DNA from: Candidatus Saliniplasma sp.
GTDB taxonomy: Archaea; Thermoplasmatota; Thermoplasmata; Halarchaeoplasmatales; Halarchaeoplasmataceae
Length of the DNA: 64,000 bases
NCBI GenBank assembly: GCA_046497075.1
Contig: JAWOGF010000038.1
Location: forward strand, 1,306-65,305
Reading direction: 5' to 3'
Shown: positions 38,679 to 48,818 of the stretch, one piece after another
Layout of the letters: the number at the start of each line of letters is the position of its first letter
How positions within the stretch are numbered: the stretch's first letter is position 1
Notes under the pieces: generated by a model
Databases searched by the model: none
Seen by the model: only the letters and a program-made list of their open reading frames with translations
Told to the model about the DNA's origin: nothing
Position numbers and translations under genes: made by a program

Positions 38679-39719
38679 TTGGCTTACGAAACATATGGCA
38701 ATCTGAATAACGCTAGGAACAATGTAGTTTTGATCTGTCATTCTCTCACACACAGCTCACATGTAGCAAAACACTGTGAAGATGATAAAAAAGGATGGTG
38801 GGGAGATATGGTAGGTCCGGGGAAATACATTGATACAAACAAATATTTTGTAATCTGTATCAATATACCGGGGAGCTGCTATGGTTCGACCGGTCCTTCT
38901 TCTATCAACCCTGATACCGGTGAGGAGTACGGATTAGATTTTCCCAAGATATCCATCAGAGATATGGTAAGATCTCAAAAACTCGTCATCGATAAATTGC
39001 ATATAAATCAGATAAAATCTGTTATAGGTGCAAGTATAGGAGGACAGCAGACCTTAGAGTGGTCTAAGAGATATCCTTCCTTGGTAAAGAGTATCGTACC
39101 CATCGCTACGGGAGCGAGGGTTTCTCCATTGATGCTGGGTTTTGGTTGTATATCTCAGAACGCCATAAGGTCGGATCCATATTGGAATGGAGGTTCGTAT
39201 TATGGTACAAAACATACACCCAAATTCGGGTTAAAGATCGCCAGGCAAATCGGACATCTCACTTATCTTTCAAGGGACAGTATCGAAGAAAAATTTGGTA
39301 GAGAAAAGGTCGAAGAGCAAAAAAACAATGAGACCAACGACTTCAAGATAGAGAGTTATCTAGATTATCAGGGAGAAAAATTCATAGATAGGTTCGATCC
39401 GAATTCTTACCTGTATATCACGGATGCAATGCACAGATATGACCTTTCAAAGGGTTATTCAAATGATATAGAAGCGGTTGAAAATTTTAATGGACTGGCA
39501 AATATAATCTCCATCGATTCTGATTGGCATTTCACAGTTGACGAATCTGAGTACCTGTCAAATGTATTTGAAGAAGCGGGAAATTTCGTTATCCACGATG
39601 TTATAAAAAGTAAATATGGTCATGACGCCTTCCTGATAGAAACAGATAAGTTGGGTAGAAAAATAGAACTGTTTTTAAGATACATGTTCAAAGGAGAGTT
39701 TGTGACTGACATAAATTAA
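38679..39719 (+). CDS. metX: Homoserine O-acetyltransferase
   Basis: LICHSLTHSSHVA N-terminal motif, alpha/beta-hydrolase GASIGG nucleophile elbow. Confidence 0.85.
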   Translation: MAYETYGNLNNARNNVVLICHSLTHSSHVAKHCEDDKKGWWGDMVGPGKYIDTNKYFVICINIPGSCYGSTGPSSINPDTGEEYGLDFPKISIRDMVRSQKLVIDKLHINQIKSVIGASIGGQQTLEWSKRYPSLVKSIVPIATGARVSPLMLGFGCISQNAIRSDPYWNGGSYYGTKHTPKFGLKIARQIGHLTYLSRDSIEEKFGREKVEEQKNNETNDFKIESYLDYQGEKFIDRFDPNSYLYITDAMHRYDLSKGYSNDIEAVENFNGLANIISIDSDWHFTVDESEYLSNVFEEAGNFVIHDVIKSKYGHDAFLIETDKLGRKIELFLRYMFKGEFVTDIN

Positions 39720-39751
39720 AACTGATATATAATAAGTTATAGGTGTAAACA

Positions 39752-40705
39752 ATGATCCATAAGAATCTCAAAGAAGATCTAGAAAAGGAAAATAAAGTGA
39801 TCACTCTAGAGGCCCCCTCGTACAGGGGATCAGATTTAAAGAATTACTTTGAGCGCCTCTCTAGTTTAGGTATTTTTGACCGAGTTACCTACATGAATAT
39901 ATGCAATAACCCGATAGGAAAAGTTCACATCGACCCGTTACCGATCTCATATAACTTGGTCGAGAACTATTCTATTTCGCCGATAGCGCATCTCACATGT
40001 AAGAATTCAACATTGAGTTCGATCCAAAGGTGGCTTTTAGGGGCGGACAGCTTGGGGATAAATAACTTACTTGTGGTTTCAGGCGATCACGGTATCGGGG
40101 ACTACAAAGAGGAACATACACCCAAGTACATGAACTCATTAAAGATGATAGAGGGTATCAAGAAATACCTAAACCAGGGATTTTTGATGCCCGATTACTC
40201 AAAATCAGCTTCTGATGATCCGAATAGCCAGTATGAGAAATACATAGATAATCCTACAGAATTTACAGTAGGAGGGGTAGTGATCCCAGGTAGAGAAGGG
40301 GAGATCAGATATACGAAAAGAAAGATCGAGGCGGGAGTTGATTTTTTACAAACACAGATCACATATGATAAAGAGAAGATCTCAAAGTTCATAAAAAGAC
40401 TTGTTGAAGAAGTAGAGAGCTGTCCACCGATATTGGTAAGTATACGACCAGTTTCATCCTTTGAGGAGATCAGTTATATACATGAAAACATACCGGAAGT
40501 TCATGTTCCAGAGAAGGTAAGAGAAAAGGTTAGAAATGAGGGAGATGTAGATTCAGCTGCCGTGAAAATAGCTGTGGATACTTTCACTTACATCAGAGAT
40601 TCCTTAAAAGATGACTCGTCCGAGGTGAATCTAGGTATACATATCATCCCTGGAAACAACTATAAGTTAGCTAAGAAAGTCATCGACGAGTTTGAGGAAA
40701 TATGA
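39752..40705 (+). CDS. Methylenetetrahydrofolate reductase-like (MetF family) protein
   Basis: LLVVSGDHG and FLQTQITYD resemble the MTHFR LRGD / TQ motifs. It is placed in the met cluster. Confidence 0.45.
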   Translation: MIHKNLKEDLEKENKVITLEAPSYRGSDLKNYFERLSSLGIFDRVTYMNICNNPIGKVHIDPLPISYNLVENYSISPIAHLTCKNSTLSSIQRWLLGADSLGINNLLVVSGDHGIGDYKEEHTPKYMNSLKMIEGIKKYLNQGFLMPDYSKSASDDPNSQYEKYIDNPTEFTVGGVVIPGREGEIRYTKRKIEAGVDFLQTQITYDKEKISKFIKRLVEEVESCPPILVSIRPVSSFEEISYIHENIPEVHVPEKVREKVRNEGDVDSAAVKIAVDTFTYIRDSLKDDSSEVNLGIHIIPGNNYKLAKKVIDEFEEI

Positions 40706-41009
40706 AAAGATCCAATATCTGGTCTAGCAATGACTTCGCTGGAAATACAGGGTATCGTGATGTTCGTGATGTGAGCGCTGGGAAATAAAAATACCGACCT
40801 ATGTACAATGAAGCATCTTAGGTGTTAAGATCACTATCAATACACTGACCCTTCAACCTACTTCCCAGAAGTTCACAGTTTTATAAACTCCATGACTCTA
40901 CTCGTGATCTGATGTTCAACGGAAAAATTGAGTTACTATGTATTTGGCTTGATGAGGCTGTAACAAGAATACCAAAGATAATTAATATATTACATTTTTT
41001 AGAGTTACT

Positions 41010-42560
41010 ATGATGTTTGTAAAAATTAAAAACATTCTAGCAATTACCATGGTGATACTACTAGTTTCGAGTGTTCTGATCGTCAGTCTTGCCTCTTCAA
41101 CGAGTACCGAATCAGACCTAGAAGTTCAAAACGTTGACCCGGCCCGTAGACGTGTAGATTTCGGTACGTTCGAATACGGTGAGGATGAACTCGGTTTATA
41201 TATATCGATGGTTAAAGACAAGACACCGACATGGACATTCTATGGTGATGGTGAACTCTTAGAAAAGATCGAAACGGGTTATGTGGATTTTGACTGGAGC
41301 GACTATGGAGATTTCGATAAAAGAGAGTTCGTGGTGGAGATAGAAGAATACTCAGATGTTACAAAAATAGATTGGTCTTATAAAAGCCTAGTTGGGGATA
41401 TCCCCTCTGAACTGGGAAAACTCTCGAATCTAGAACGATTGTATCTTAGAGCTAATGATTTAGATGGAGGGATACCGTCAGAATTAGGTGATCTTAATAA
41501 CCTGGAATATCTAGACTTACGAGAAAACCAGTTGTCTGGAGAGATACCACCGGAGCTAGGGAGACTCTCGAACATAGAACGGTTTTATCTAACTGACAAC
41601 GGGCTATCTGGAGAGATACCACCAGAACTGGGAGATCTTTCGAACGTTAGAAGTTTCTATCTAGATTCCAACAGATTGGAGGGGAAGATACCGCCGGAAC
41701 TGGGAGATCTTTCGAATATTGAATACTTAGATCTGCGCTTTAATGAACTGTCAGGGAAGATACCACCAGAACTAGGACGGCTTTCAGACCTCCAATGGTT
41801 TAAATTATGCTCTAACCATCTCGTTGATGAGATACCACCAGAACTCGTTGGGCTCTCCAGCCTCGAATGGTTCCGTCTGAGTGATAACGAAATTTCTGGA
41901 GATATACCTAATTGGCTGGGAGAACTCTCAAAGCTTGAATGGATAGATTTGAACGGCAATGAGCTGTCGGGTGAGATCCCACATGAAATAGGTGACCTCG
42001 ATAAGCTTAAAAAGTTAGATCTAGGTTCCAACAGATTGTCTGGAGAGATACCGCCGGAACTGGGGGGCCTCTCAGATCTTAAATTGTTAAACCTAAATTC
42101 GAACGAGTTATCGGGAGAGATCCCTTCTGAACTGTCTAGTCTTACTGATCTAGAAAGGGTAGAACTGCAGGACAATAAATTTAATCATTACGGAATCGAC
42201 GCTTTTTCAACTCAACCGAACCTCGGTGATTATAAAGATGTTTTTGATGTTTTAAACATCTCAGAAAATGATCTATCATCCGAAGATATTGACAATATTT
42301 TATCCGATCTAGTCGAAAGTTTAAAACTAGAGGATAAAATTGAGGCTGAAGTATATCTAACCGGAAACTCTGTTCCTTCTTCCGATGGTATGGAAAATAA
42401 GCAGATCCTTGAAGAGGAAGGTTGGAACGTTGAGGTAGATGAAGAAGAAAAAGATGAGGTAGATGAAAAGGATGGTATACCAGGATTTACCCTACCTATC
42501 TTCCTAATCGTAGCAATCATCGTGACGGCAGTCCACCAAAAGAAGAGGGATAGACAATAG
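41010..42560 (+). CDS. Secreted leucine-rich-repeat protein (about 13 plant-type 24-aa LRRs) with a PGF-CTERM sorting tail
   Basis: LSGEIPPELGxLSNLExLxL repeats (72-bp DNA periodicity across 41400..42180); C-terminal PGFTLPIFLIVAIIVTAVHQKKRDRQ. Confidence 0.8.
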   Translation: MMFVKIKNILAITMVILLVSSVLIVSLASSTSTESDLEVQNVDPARRRVDFGTFEYGEDELGLYISMVKDKTPTWTFYGDGELLEKIETGYVDFDWSDYGDFDKREFVVEIEEYSDVTKIDWSYKSLVGDIPSELGKLSNLERLYLRANDLDGGIPSELGDLNNLEYLDLRENQLSGEIPPELGRLSNIERFYLTDNGLSGEIPPELGDLSNVRSFYLDSNRLEGKIPPELGDLSNIEYLDLRFNELSGKIPPELGRLSDLQWFKLCSNHLVDEIPPELVGLSSLEWFRLSDNEISGDIPNWLGELSKLEWIDLNGNELSGEIPHEIGDLDKLKKLDLGSNRLSGEIPPELGGLSDLKLLNLNSNELSGEIPSELSSLTDLERVELQDNKFNHYGIDAFSTQPNLGDYKDVFDVLNISENDLSSEDIDNILSDLVESLKLEDKIEAEVYLTGNSVPSSDGMENKQILEEEGWNVEVDEEEKDEVDEKDGIPGFTLPIFLIVAIIVTAVHQKKRDRQ

Positions 42561-42715
42561 TAAGGCTTTCTAGGATGGCTGCCGGCTCATAACCCCTCAT
42601 ACCGATATGTAATGATATGGTCCGTTATTTGATGGTTGATCCTATTTATACTCCCCGTTTTTTTCAATGGCAACTGGAAATATTTAAAAAGGGTTGTGGT
42701 ATTACATAAGGCTGT

Positions 42716-43498
42716 ATGAAGGCCAAAGGAAGTGGAGTGCATATAGTTACTGGTGGTTTTGAGTACGACAGGATCCTTAAACCGATGTTGAACAGATATC
42801 CCGTCGATAGATTGGTTTTACTGAGGTCAAAATCTTCACCCTACAGGGATTCTAAAGACTTAGCTAAACAATTCATCGAAAAACTACAGGAGAACCCTAT
42901 CGATATCAATATCCATCGTGTGAATATATACGATTTCGACGATGTGTATTCTAAAGTTTTGAAGATCTTGAAAAACCAATCACATCACAATAAAAAGATA
43001 TACATGAACATCTCGTCCGCACCCAAACTCACTCTGGTAGCCATGATGAGTGCCGCCTTCATGATGAAAAACGAGGCTGATATAGAGATATTTTACGTAT
43101 CCCCTGATGATTACCTAATCCCCAAGATCATCGATAGGCTGGCGGATGTCGAAAATAATGTAGAAGAGTTGAGGGAACTCAGGGAACAATTTTTAGAGAA
43201 TGGGACAGCTATGGGTTTGAAAAATTACGAAGAAATCCCCATCTTCCCGGTAAAGAATATTACCGACAGGGATCGATACATACTCGAAGTGTTGAAATCC
43301 AGTGACGGGGTAGACTCGATAAAGGAACTGGTTCTTAAGGTCAATAGATCAAGAAAAAAGCGTATCGAAAGGTCCAGCGTACAGTACAGGTTAGAAAAAT
43401 TGAAAGAGAACGGCCTGGTTTATACTGAAAGGCATAACAAGAAACTCAGGATATCCTTGACGAGGGTTGGGGATATCTACCTGAAAGGTGATGAGTAG
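42716..43498 (+). CDS. DUF6293/HFX_2341-like putative transcriptional regulator (N-terminal alpha/beta domain plus a C-terminal winged helix)
   Basis: VHIVTGGFEYDRIL...DRLVLL...NISSAPK pattern; C-terminal SSVQYRLEKLKENGLVYTER wHTH. Confidence 0.45.
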   Translation: MKAKGSGVHIVTGGFEYDRILKPMLNRYPVDRLVLLRSKSSPYRDSKDLAKQFIEKLQENPIDINIHRVNIYDFDDVYSKVLKILKNQSHHNKKIYMNISSAPKLTLVAMMSAAFMMKNEADIEIFYVSPDDYLIPKIIDRLADVENNVEELRELREQFLENGTAMGLKNYEEIPIFPVKNITDRDRYILEVLKSSDGVDSIKELVLKVNRSRKKRIERSSVQYRLEKLKENGLVYTERHNKKLRISLTRVGDIYLKGDE

Positions 43499-43624
43499 AT
43501 AGTTTATCAACATAACGACCAGCCGGGCTGTGGAAATGATCTAAGTGTGAAAAGCGAAATACTTGAGGGTTCAAAAATTCACATATAAAATAAACTTTGA
43601 AACCATTCAACAGGTTGGCTCTTT

Positions 43625-44572
43625 CTAATCCTCATCGAATTTGCCGAGGATCATATAAATTTTGGCAGTTATCAGTGTTACGGATATAGTCAGAGCAAAA
43701 AGTATCAGAGTCCATCTTAGGTCTTCCATCATAGTGTAGTCTATGAGCATGATCAGTCCCAGTATAAGCATTATTGAGCCTCCGACTAGTTTTATGATCC
43801 GTCCTTCCTTTTTACCAAAATCGAATCTCTTCATCTGCAGAGCAGCACTGAAGTATATGATCATCTCTATGGAAAGATATATGAGAATATATAATATCAA
43901 AAAAGCTATGTACACCGGAGTTTCAAGTGCTCTCTCCGCCACGATCTGAGACCATATAACTGGAAATCCCGCTGTACAAGGAAGTTCGACCAGTGCTATT
44001 CCTGCAGCCATAGCGGTAGTTGCTACTATCAGAGTTAAAGAATCCTCCTTTTTCATCAATCCTCGTACTTTCTTGTATATCCCAGGTTTGTATCTGTCGG
44101 GTATAGTGAACGATATACCTTTCTTGAACCAGAAGAAATCTTTGATACTCACGGAAGCAAAAATTATCGCTATAACAGCAACTATCATCCTTATCCAAAA
44201 GAGGTGAGCAATAAAATGAAATATAGTGAGGGCACCGGCGATAAAGAGTCCGTAAACTAAGGCTGTAACTATCAAAAAAGTAAGACCTACCATGATGACA
44301 TCCTTTTTTCCAGAGTATAGTACTATCCCAAGTAGGAAAGACAGGACCCAGATAGAACAAGGGTTGAGCCCATCTACAAAGGCTATAAGGACTGTTAAGA
44401 CTACCAGCGGATAGGCATCACCTCTTACTTCGCCGACTATAGGTAGATCATAAGTATCGTTCGGTTCGGATCCTGTAGACCCTTCGACTAATGATATCCC
44501 GGATAGTAGGATCACCGCGATAAGAAGTGCTATCAAGATCGTTTTCCTTTTTATTTGAATTTTTTTTATCAT
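43625..44572 (-). CDS. CcdA/DsbD-like thiol-disulfide transporter membrane protein
   Basis: DGLNPCS in TM1 and LPCTAGFP in a later TM helix; ~8 TM segments. Confidence 0.45.
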   Translation of the reverse strand: MIKKIQIKRKTILIALLIAVILLSGISLVEGSTGSEPNDTYDLPIVGEVRGDAYPLVVLTVLIAFVDGLNPCSIWVLSFLLGIVLYSGKKDVIMVGLTFLIVTALVYGLFIAGALTIFHFIAHLFWIRMIVAVIAIIFASVSIKDFFWFKKGISFTIPDRYKPGIYKKVRGLMKKEDSLTLIVATTAMAAGIALVELPCTAGFPVIWSQIVAERALETPVYIAFLILYILIYLSIEMIIYFSAALQMKRFDFGKKEGRIIKLVGGSIMLILGLIMLIDYTMMEDLRWTLILFALTISVTLITAKIYMILGKFDED

Positions 44573-44617
44573 GATTAATCGTTTTAAATCGAACTTGCAT
44601 ATTTAGCCCATTCAAAT

Positions 44618-45100
44618 TTAATTGTTTGACAGCTTTTCTCCCGGGCTAGAGCATTGATCAGATTCCATACAACTTTCGATAGCATCTTCCATTTCCTGCC
44701 TATACCCTTCGTCAAAACTTACCCAGTACTCATCACCGATGAAAGTAGTTGGAACACTGGCTATGGGCACATCGTAGATTTCGACCAGTTTTTGAAACAC
44801 CTTTCTGTCTTCGGTATTGCCATAGATATCAAACTTCTTCACTTCGATATCGTCATCTTCTTCCAATTCATCAATATATTGCCGTTGTTTCTCACAGATC
44901 GGGCAATCCTCGTCCCAAAACCAATATACCGTCACTTTATCTGGATCGTCTTCTATACCTGTTCCAATATCTTCATCATCCTCGGGTACACTAGACTGCA
45001 GGGTATAGATAACAGATCCGATGATAACGATCACGATTCCCAGTGCTAGGACATTTTTGATGATCTTTTTATCCATTATACTTGATTCACTTTTCTTCAT
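44618..45100 (-). CDS. Membrane-anchored thioredoxin-fold protein (CPIC active site)
   Basis: N-terminal TM anchor; WFWDEDCPICEKQ CxxC motif; acidic extracytoplasmic domain. Confidence 0.6.
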   Translation of the reverse strand: MKKSESSIMDKKIIKNVLALGIVIVIIGSVIYTLQSSVPEDDEDIGTGIEDDPDKVTVYWFWDEDCPICEKQRQYIDELEEDDDIEVKKFDIYGNTEDRKVFQKLVEIYDVPIASVPTTFIGDEYWVSFDEGYRQEMEDAIESCMESDQCSSPGEKLSNN

Positions 45101-47576
45101 CTACAGACTTCTCTCCCCTCTTAGTTTTCATCCAAGTTACAATCATGATCACGGTTAAGATAATGGCTATCAGTATCACAAACGTCGTTATATTGTTTTG
45201 CGTAGGTGAATCTTCGTCAGCGTCGGTCGCTTCGGTCAGGGGATAATCGTCTACAAACCCTTCTCCTCTATATGGGGTGACCCAGATATCTCCATCAGCG
45301 ACTTTTCCAGCATCCGGATATTCCTTATCGTAATCGGACCAGTAATTACCCCCGATGGGGTAACCATTATCCCATTGGTTATCGCCGTGATCTCTAGCCT
45401 GAACTAGATTTTTTATAAAGTTATTATGGTAAATAGTGTTGTCATTACTTCGAAGATCTAGTGATATACCTGGATTATTGTTGTAAAGGGTATTATTATT
45501 GATGAGATTTGATCGAGATGATCGGAGAGATATCCCCGCGTTGATATTAGAATTGGCTGTATTCTTTCCTAGGGCATTATTTTTGGAACTTGAAAGATGT
45601 ATTCCATGTTCTCCGTTCCTAGATGCAGTATTTTCCTTAATTATATTGTTATCTGAGTTTTTGAGTGAGATACCGCACCAATCGTTCCCTGAGACGTTGT
45701 TAGATGTTATGGTGTTTTTCGACGAAAAGCCGAGTTGTACACCGACCGATCCTTGACTAAGGTCTTGATCTTTTACTTTTATATTCTCACACCCGACCAA
45801 GATTATCTGACCCGCATCTGATGGAACACTTTGATTATGATTATCCGTCCAATAGTAGACCGGCCTGCCGTTAACTGTATTGGTTGTACTTATCGAATGT
45901 GAATCCCAGTACTCTAACAGGTCGCCCCAGATAATGATCCCGTTTTCGGTCATCTCATTTTCTTCTAAAGAGTGTTCTTTGGAGTCTGAAAATATTACCC
46001 CGCCCCAGTCGTTGTTAGATAGTGAGTTTTTTTCGACCGCATTTCCAGTTGAGTTGGAGAATGAGACCCCGTAGCCGAAGTTGTTTGTTATGGAGTTTTC
46101 TGCAAGATGATTTTTATTTGACTTTGAAAGATGTATCCCGTGGTACTCATTCTCCGTGATGATGTTATTTGAGACGGTGTTTTCATTTGACCCTTTAACG
46201 TGGATACCGTCTTCTAGGTTTTGTGAGACGGTGTTATCAATTACTGAGTTTTGGTTTGAGGACTCTAGTCGGATCCCATGACGGCTGTTCGAGTTGATAT
46301 CATTATCTAAGATATCGTTGTTTTGGGAATTGTATAGATAGATACCGTAAAGGCCGTTTGTTAATTCATTCCTTTCGATATCGTTGTTGGATGAAAACCC
46401 CATTAGGATCCCTGCAGAGCTACTACTGACTTCGAGATCTTCGACGACCATGTCTTTACAGTCGGCCAATATCACTTGTCCGGCATCAGATGGGACCGTA
46501 CCTCCTCTTTCGCTGTGGTAATAGTAAATGGGTTTTCCCTCAACAGAGTTATCCGTAGAGATCGTGTGGGTGTCCCAATGAGCTAATTTTTCACCTGTTA
46601 TGAACACTCCATTCCCTTCAAAGATATTATCTTCGATCAGCTGATTTTTAGAGTCTGATATGTAAACGCCATATTCATTATGTAAGAGTTCGTTGCTTGT
46701 AACATTATTTTCTTCTATCGAGCCCGCAAAACTGATACCATAATCGTTTTTTTCTGCAGTATTTTCTTCAACCAAATTAGAGTTCGATTCATAAAGCTGT
46801 ATACCTACAGTGTTGTTAAACCCGGTATTATATTTGATGATATTATCATAAGAATTTATTAGGCTTATACCGAAATCGTTTTTCTCTGCATAGTTATCAA
46901 CAACGTTGTTATCGCTACTGGAATCGTAAAGGTAGATGCCCCGGTAATTGTCCAAAAGTTGATTTTCTTCGATGTCGTTGTTGAAGGAGTTTTCGATACG
47001 GATCGAGTAGACACTGTTGTTCTGTAAGATATTGTTGGAAATCTCGGTGTTCTTCGAGTCTTTGAGCCAGATCCCCTTTTTTTCATGACGTTCCAGTATA
47101 TTATCAGTAATCATTCCATTCTCGACGTTGTTCAGGTATAGACCGGTGTTTGAAAAGTATGGCTTTTCCATTCCTGACGCGTTATATATATAACAATCTC
47201 TTACGACAAAGTGGTCTGACACATTGCCTATGTATATGCCATAGCCGTATCCCCCTGCATCTATATCATATCCTTCGATCATCCAGGGGTCGTCAATATA
47301 TCCACTCCCTGCCCAATCCTGTTCTACAAAATCCTGGTCGTTATCTATCCGTATAGGCCCATGTTCGATGTAATCATCAGATGTAAGTTGTTCTACATGG
47401 GTAGAAAGATGAACTTTTTCTTCGACCCCGTCATCATGATCGATAGCCATACCCGAAATAAGTAAGATAAGACATACGGTAGCCCATACTATTATCTTAT
47501 TTTTAATCTTCACCATATATTGCACACCATACCCCGATAAAAAATTTCGGTATATATAGTTTATGTATCTATACAA
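45087..47576 (-). CDS. Large secreted right-handed parallel beta-helix repeat protein (NosD/CASH-like; two repeat blocks) with a C-terminal TM anchor
   Basis: Signal peptide; more than 25 iterations of NNxIxxNxxxGIxLxxSxxN 22-aa units; C-terminal TFVILIAIILTVIMIVTW anchor. Confidence 0.8.
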   Translation of the reverse strand: MYRYINYIYRNFLSGYGVQYMVKIKNKIIVWATVCLILLISGMAIDHDDGVEEKVHLSTHVEQLTSDDYIEHGPIRIDNDQDFVEQDWAGSGYIDDPWMIEGYDIDAGGYGYGIYIGNVSDHFVVRDCYIYNASGMEKPYFSNTGLYLNNVENGMITDNILERHEKKGIWLKDSKNTEISNNILQNNSVYSIRIENSFNNDIEENQLLDNYRGIYLYDSSSDNNVVDNYAEKNDFGISLINSYDNIIKYNTGFNNTVGIQLYESNSNLVEENTAEKNDYGISFAGSIEENNVTSNELLHNEYGVYISDSKNQLIEDNIFEGNGVFITGEKLAHWDTHTISTDNSVEGKPIYYYHSERGGTVPSDAGQVILADCKDMVVEDLEVSSSSAGILMGFSSNNDIERNELTNGLYGIYLYNSQNNDILDNDINSNSRHGIRLESSNQNSVIDNTVSQNLEDGIHVKGSNENTVSNNIITENEYHGIHLSKSNKNHLAENSITNNFGYGVSFSNSTGNAVEKNSLSNNDWGGVIFSDSKEHSLEENEMTENGIIIWGDLLEYWDSHSISTTNTVNGRPVYYWTDNHNQSVPSDAGQIILVGCENIKVKDQDLSQGSVGVQLGFSSKNTITSNNVSGNDWCGISLKNSDNNIIKENTASRNGEHGIHLSSSKNNALGKNTANSNINAGISLRSSRSNLINNNTLYNNNPGISLDLRSNDNTIYHNNFIKNLVQARDHGDNQWDNGYPIGGNYWSDYDKEYPDAGKVADGDIWVTPYRGEGFVDDYPLTEATDADEDSPTQNNITTFVILIAIILTVIMIVTWMKTKRGEKSVDEEK

Positions 47577-47680
47577 CCATATATATTTAAAGAAAAGACT
47601 CTAGACACCTAAGAAATCCTAAGAAATTTTTCTAGAAAAATATATATACTATCCTTAATTTACACCGCTCGGGATTGAAC

Positions 47681-48166
47681 ATGGAAAAAGGGACAATAAA
47701 GGTGACAACCTGCATAGTGATTTCCTTGATCATGATAGCTGGATTTTCTATCATGTTTGAAAGCACTGCAGAGGGTCCGGAAGGATATGAGGCTGAAGGA
47801 GAGGACGACATCTACACTACATTCGTCGAGAAAGATGCTGTAGAGGAGGAAGAGCCCACTTCGTACAACCTTACGGAAGGAGAGTTAGAAGAGATCGAGG
47901 AACTGATGGTAGAAGCATTGGGATTAGAAGACGGTCCGAAGCTCGAGTCGGAGATCGACCTCATGGAATGGTTCGCCGAGATGGACGAGGATGACTGGAG
48001 CGATCTGACCGAGTACACGAGCGAGACAGATGATGACACGGGATGCGGATCAGCTGGGTACGATGGCAGAGACGGACCGAGAGAGCGAGGGGAAGAAGAG
48101 CTGATGAGTCCCCCGCCGATGCAACCCAACGGCGGCGGTACATACGAGCCTGGCACCACACTCTGA
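47681..48166 (+). CDS. Membrane-anchored hyper-acidic protein ending in the EELMSPPPMQPNGGG leader-like motif (founder gene of the Cys-rich-peptide cassette)
   Basis: ATG at 47681 (the track's 47675 is a TTG). One N-terminal TM helix, then a domain that is more than 35% Asp/Glu. The C-terminus carries repeat copy R1 and stops 8 codons later. Confidence 0.55.
   Translation: MEKGTIKVTTCIVISLIMIAGFSIMFESTAEGPEGYEAEGEDDIYTTFVEKDAVEEEEPTSYNLTEGELEEIEELMVEALGLEDGPKLESEIDLMEWFAEMDEDDWSDLTEYTSETDDDTGCGSAGYDGRDGPRERGEEELMSPPPMQPNGGGTYEPGTTL
48095..48139. repeat. Repeat R1 (~45 bp) encoding EELMSPPPMQPNGGG
   Basis: gaagagctgatgagtcccccgccgatgcaacccaacggcggcggt. Near-identical copies occur at 48214..48252 and 48909..48957. 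Confidence 0.85.
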
Positions 48167-48211
48167 TGCCTGGCTGCGTAATACTCGTCAAGTTCTGCAG
48201 AAGATGTCTCA

Positions 48212-48586
48212 ATGGTGAGTTCGCCGCCGATGCAACCCAACGGCGGCGGTGGCTGGAGTGACACTTGTCCATACGGAGTATATTTAACTTACGATGAATG
48301 TTTACAAAATAATGGATGGGATGAGGAATATTGTTCTTGTGTCTGTGATTACAGCGGCAGTTGTGGCGGCCTATGTGAATTAACTGATGAATATTGGGAT
48401 TGTGTAGATGAACAAACAAGCCATCCTGTTTATTATGCGAGTATAATTATAGGTTGTGGAGTTGGTTGTATAGTGACAGATCCTGGATGGCCGTTATGTG
48501 TTAAAGGATGCATAATAGGTGCTTCTGTTGCACCGGTAGCCGTGTACACAGGCTGTTTATTTGTTGAAGGTGCTTATGAATGTTAA
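48212..48586 (+). CDS. Cysteine-rich peptide A precursor. It has an MVSSPPMQPNGGGG leader-like N-terminus and a 110-aa core with 17 Cys and a hydrophobic Gly/Cys-rich C-terminal half.
   Basis: Carries repeat R2 at its 5' end. The core begins WSDTCPYG...DEC, paralogous to peptide B. It is in the same frame as the upstream gene, separated from it by two in-frame stops. Confidence 0.55.
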   Translation: MVSSPPMQPNGGGGWSDTCPYGVYLTYDECLQNNGWDEEYCSCVCDYSGSCGGLCELTDEYWDCVDEQTSHPVYYASIIIGCGVGCIVTDPGWPLCVKGCIIGASVAPVAVYTGCLFVEGAYEC

Positions 48587-48792
48587 AACTTGAACGACAT
48601 ATACAAAAACTAATAGTGTCTTTTATAATATCCATACACCATATTAGCTTGTATATTCTAGTTAGAATTGATGTATTATCTATGCCTAGAAACTGGAGAT
48701 ATACCTTTCTACCTTTATATGTTGGTTTTACTGTAATCGCCATTATTACGTTCTATCAGGGAATCTCAGGATTCAATCAAAAAGACATATAA
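48580..48792 (+). CDS. 2-TM microprotein (70 aa), putative cognate immunity/partner protein of peptide A
   Basis: Its ATG overlaps the peptide A stop (gaATGTTAAaa), indicating translational coupling. It has two hydrophobic helices. Confidence 0.5.
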   Translation: MLKLERHIQKLIVSFIISIHHISLYILVRIDVLSMPRNWRYTFLPLYVGFTVIAIITFYQGISGFNQKDI

Positions 48793-48818
48793 TGATCGGA
48801 TAACGAGGTGAGAACGAA

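Noticed and set aside
41378-42520. Minus-strand ORFs inside the LRR gene (41378..41575, 41657..42175, 42230..42520)
   Set aside because: Antisense of the 72-bp LRR repeat array; Ser/Pro-rich with no independent support.
47812-48419. Long antisense and alternate-frame ORFs (47812..48264, 47961..48419, 48043..48261, 48832..49038, 48897..49466, 48992..49189) over the peptide cassette
   Set aside because: They are created by the GC-rich repeated leader segment and the Cys-codon-rich cores. They overlap the better-supported plus-strand genes, which have RBSs and translational coupling. They are Arg/His/Pro-rich with no start context.
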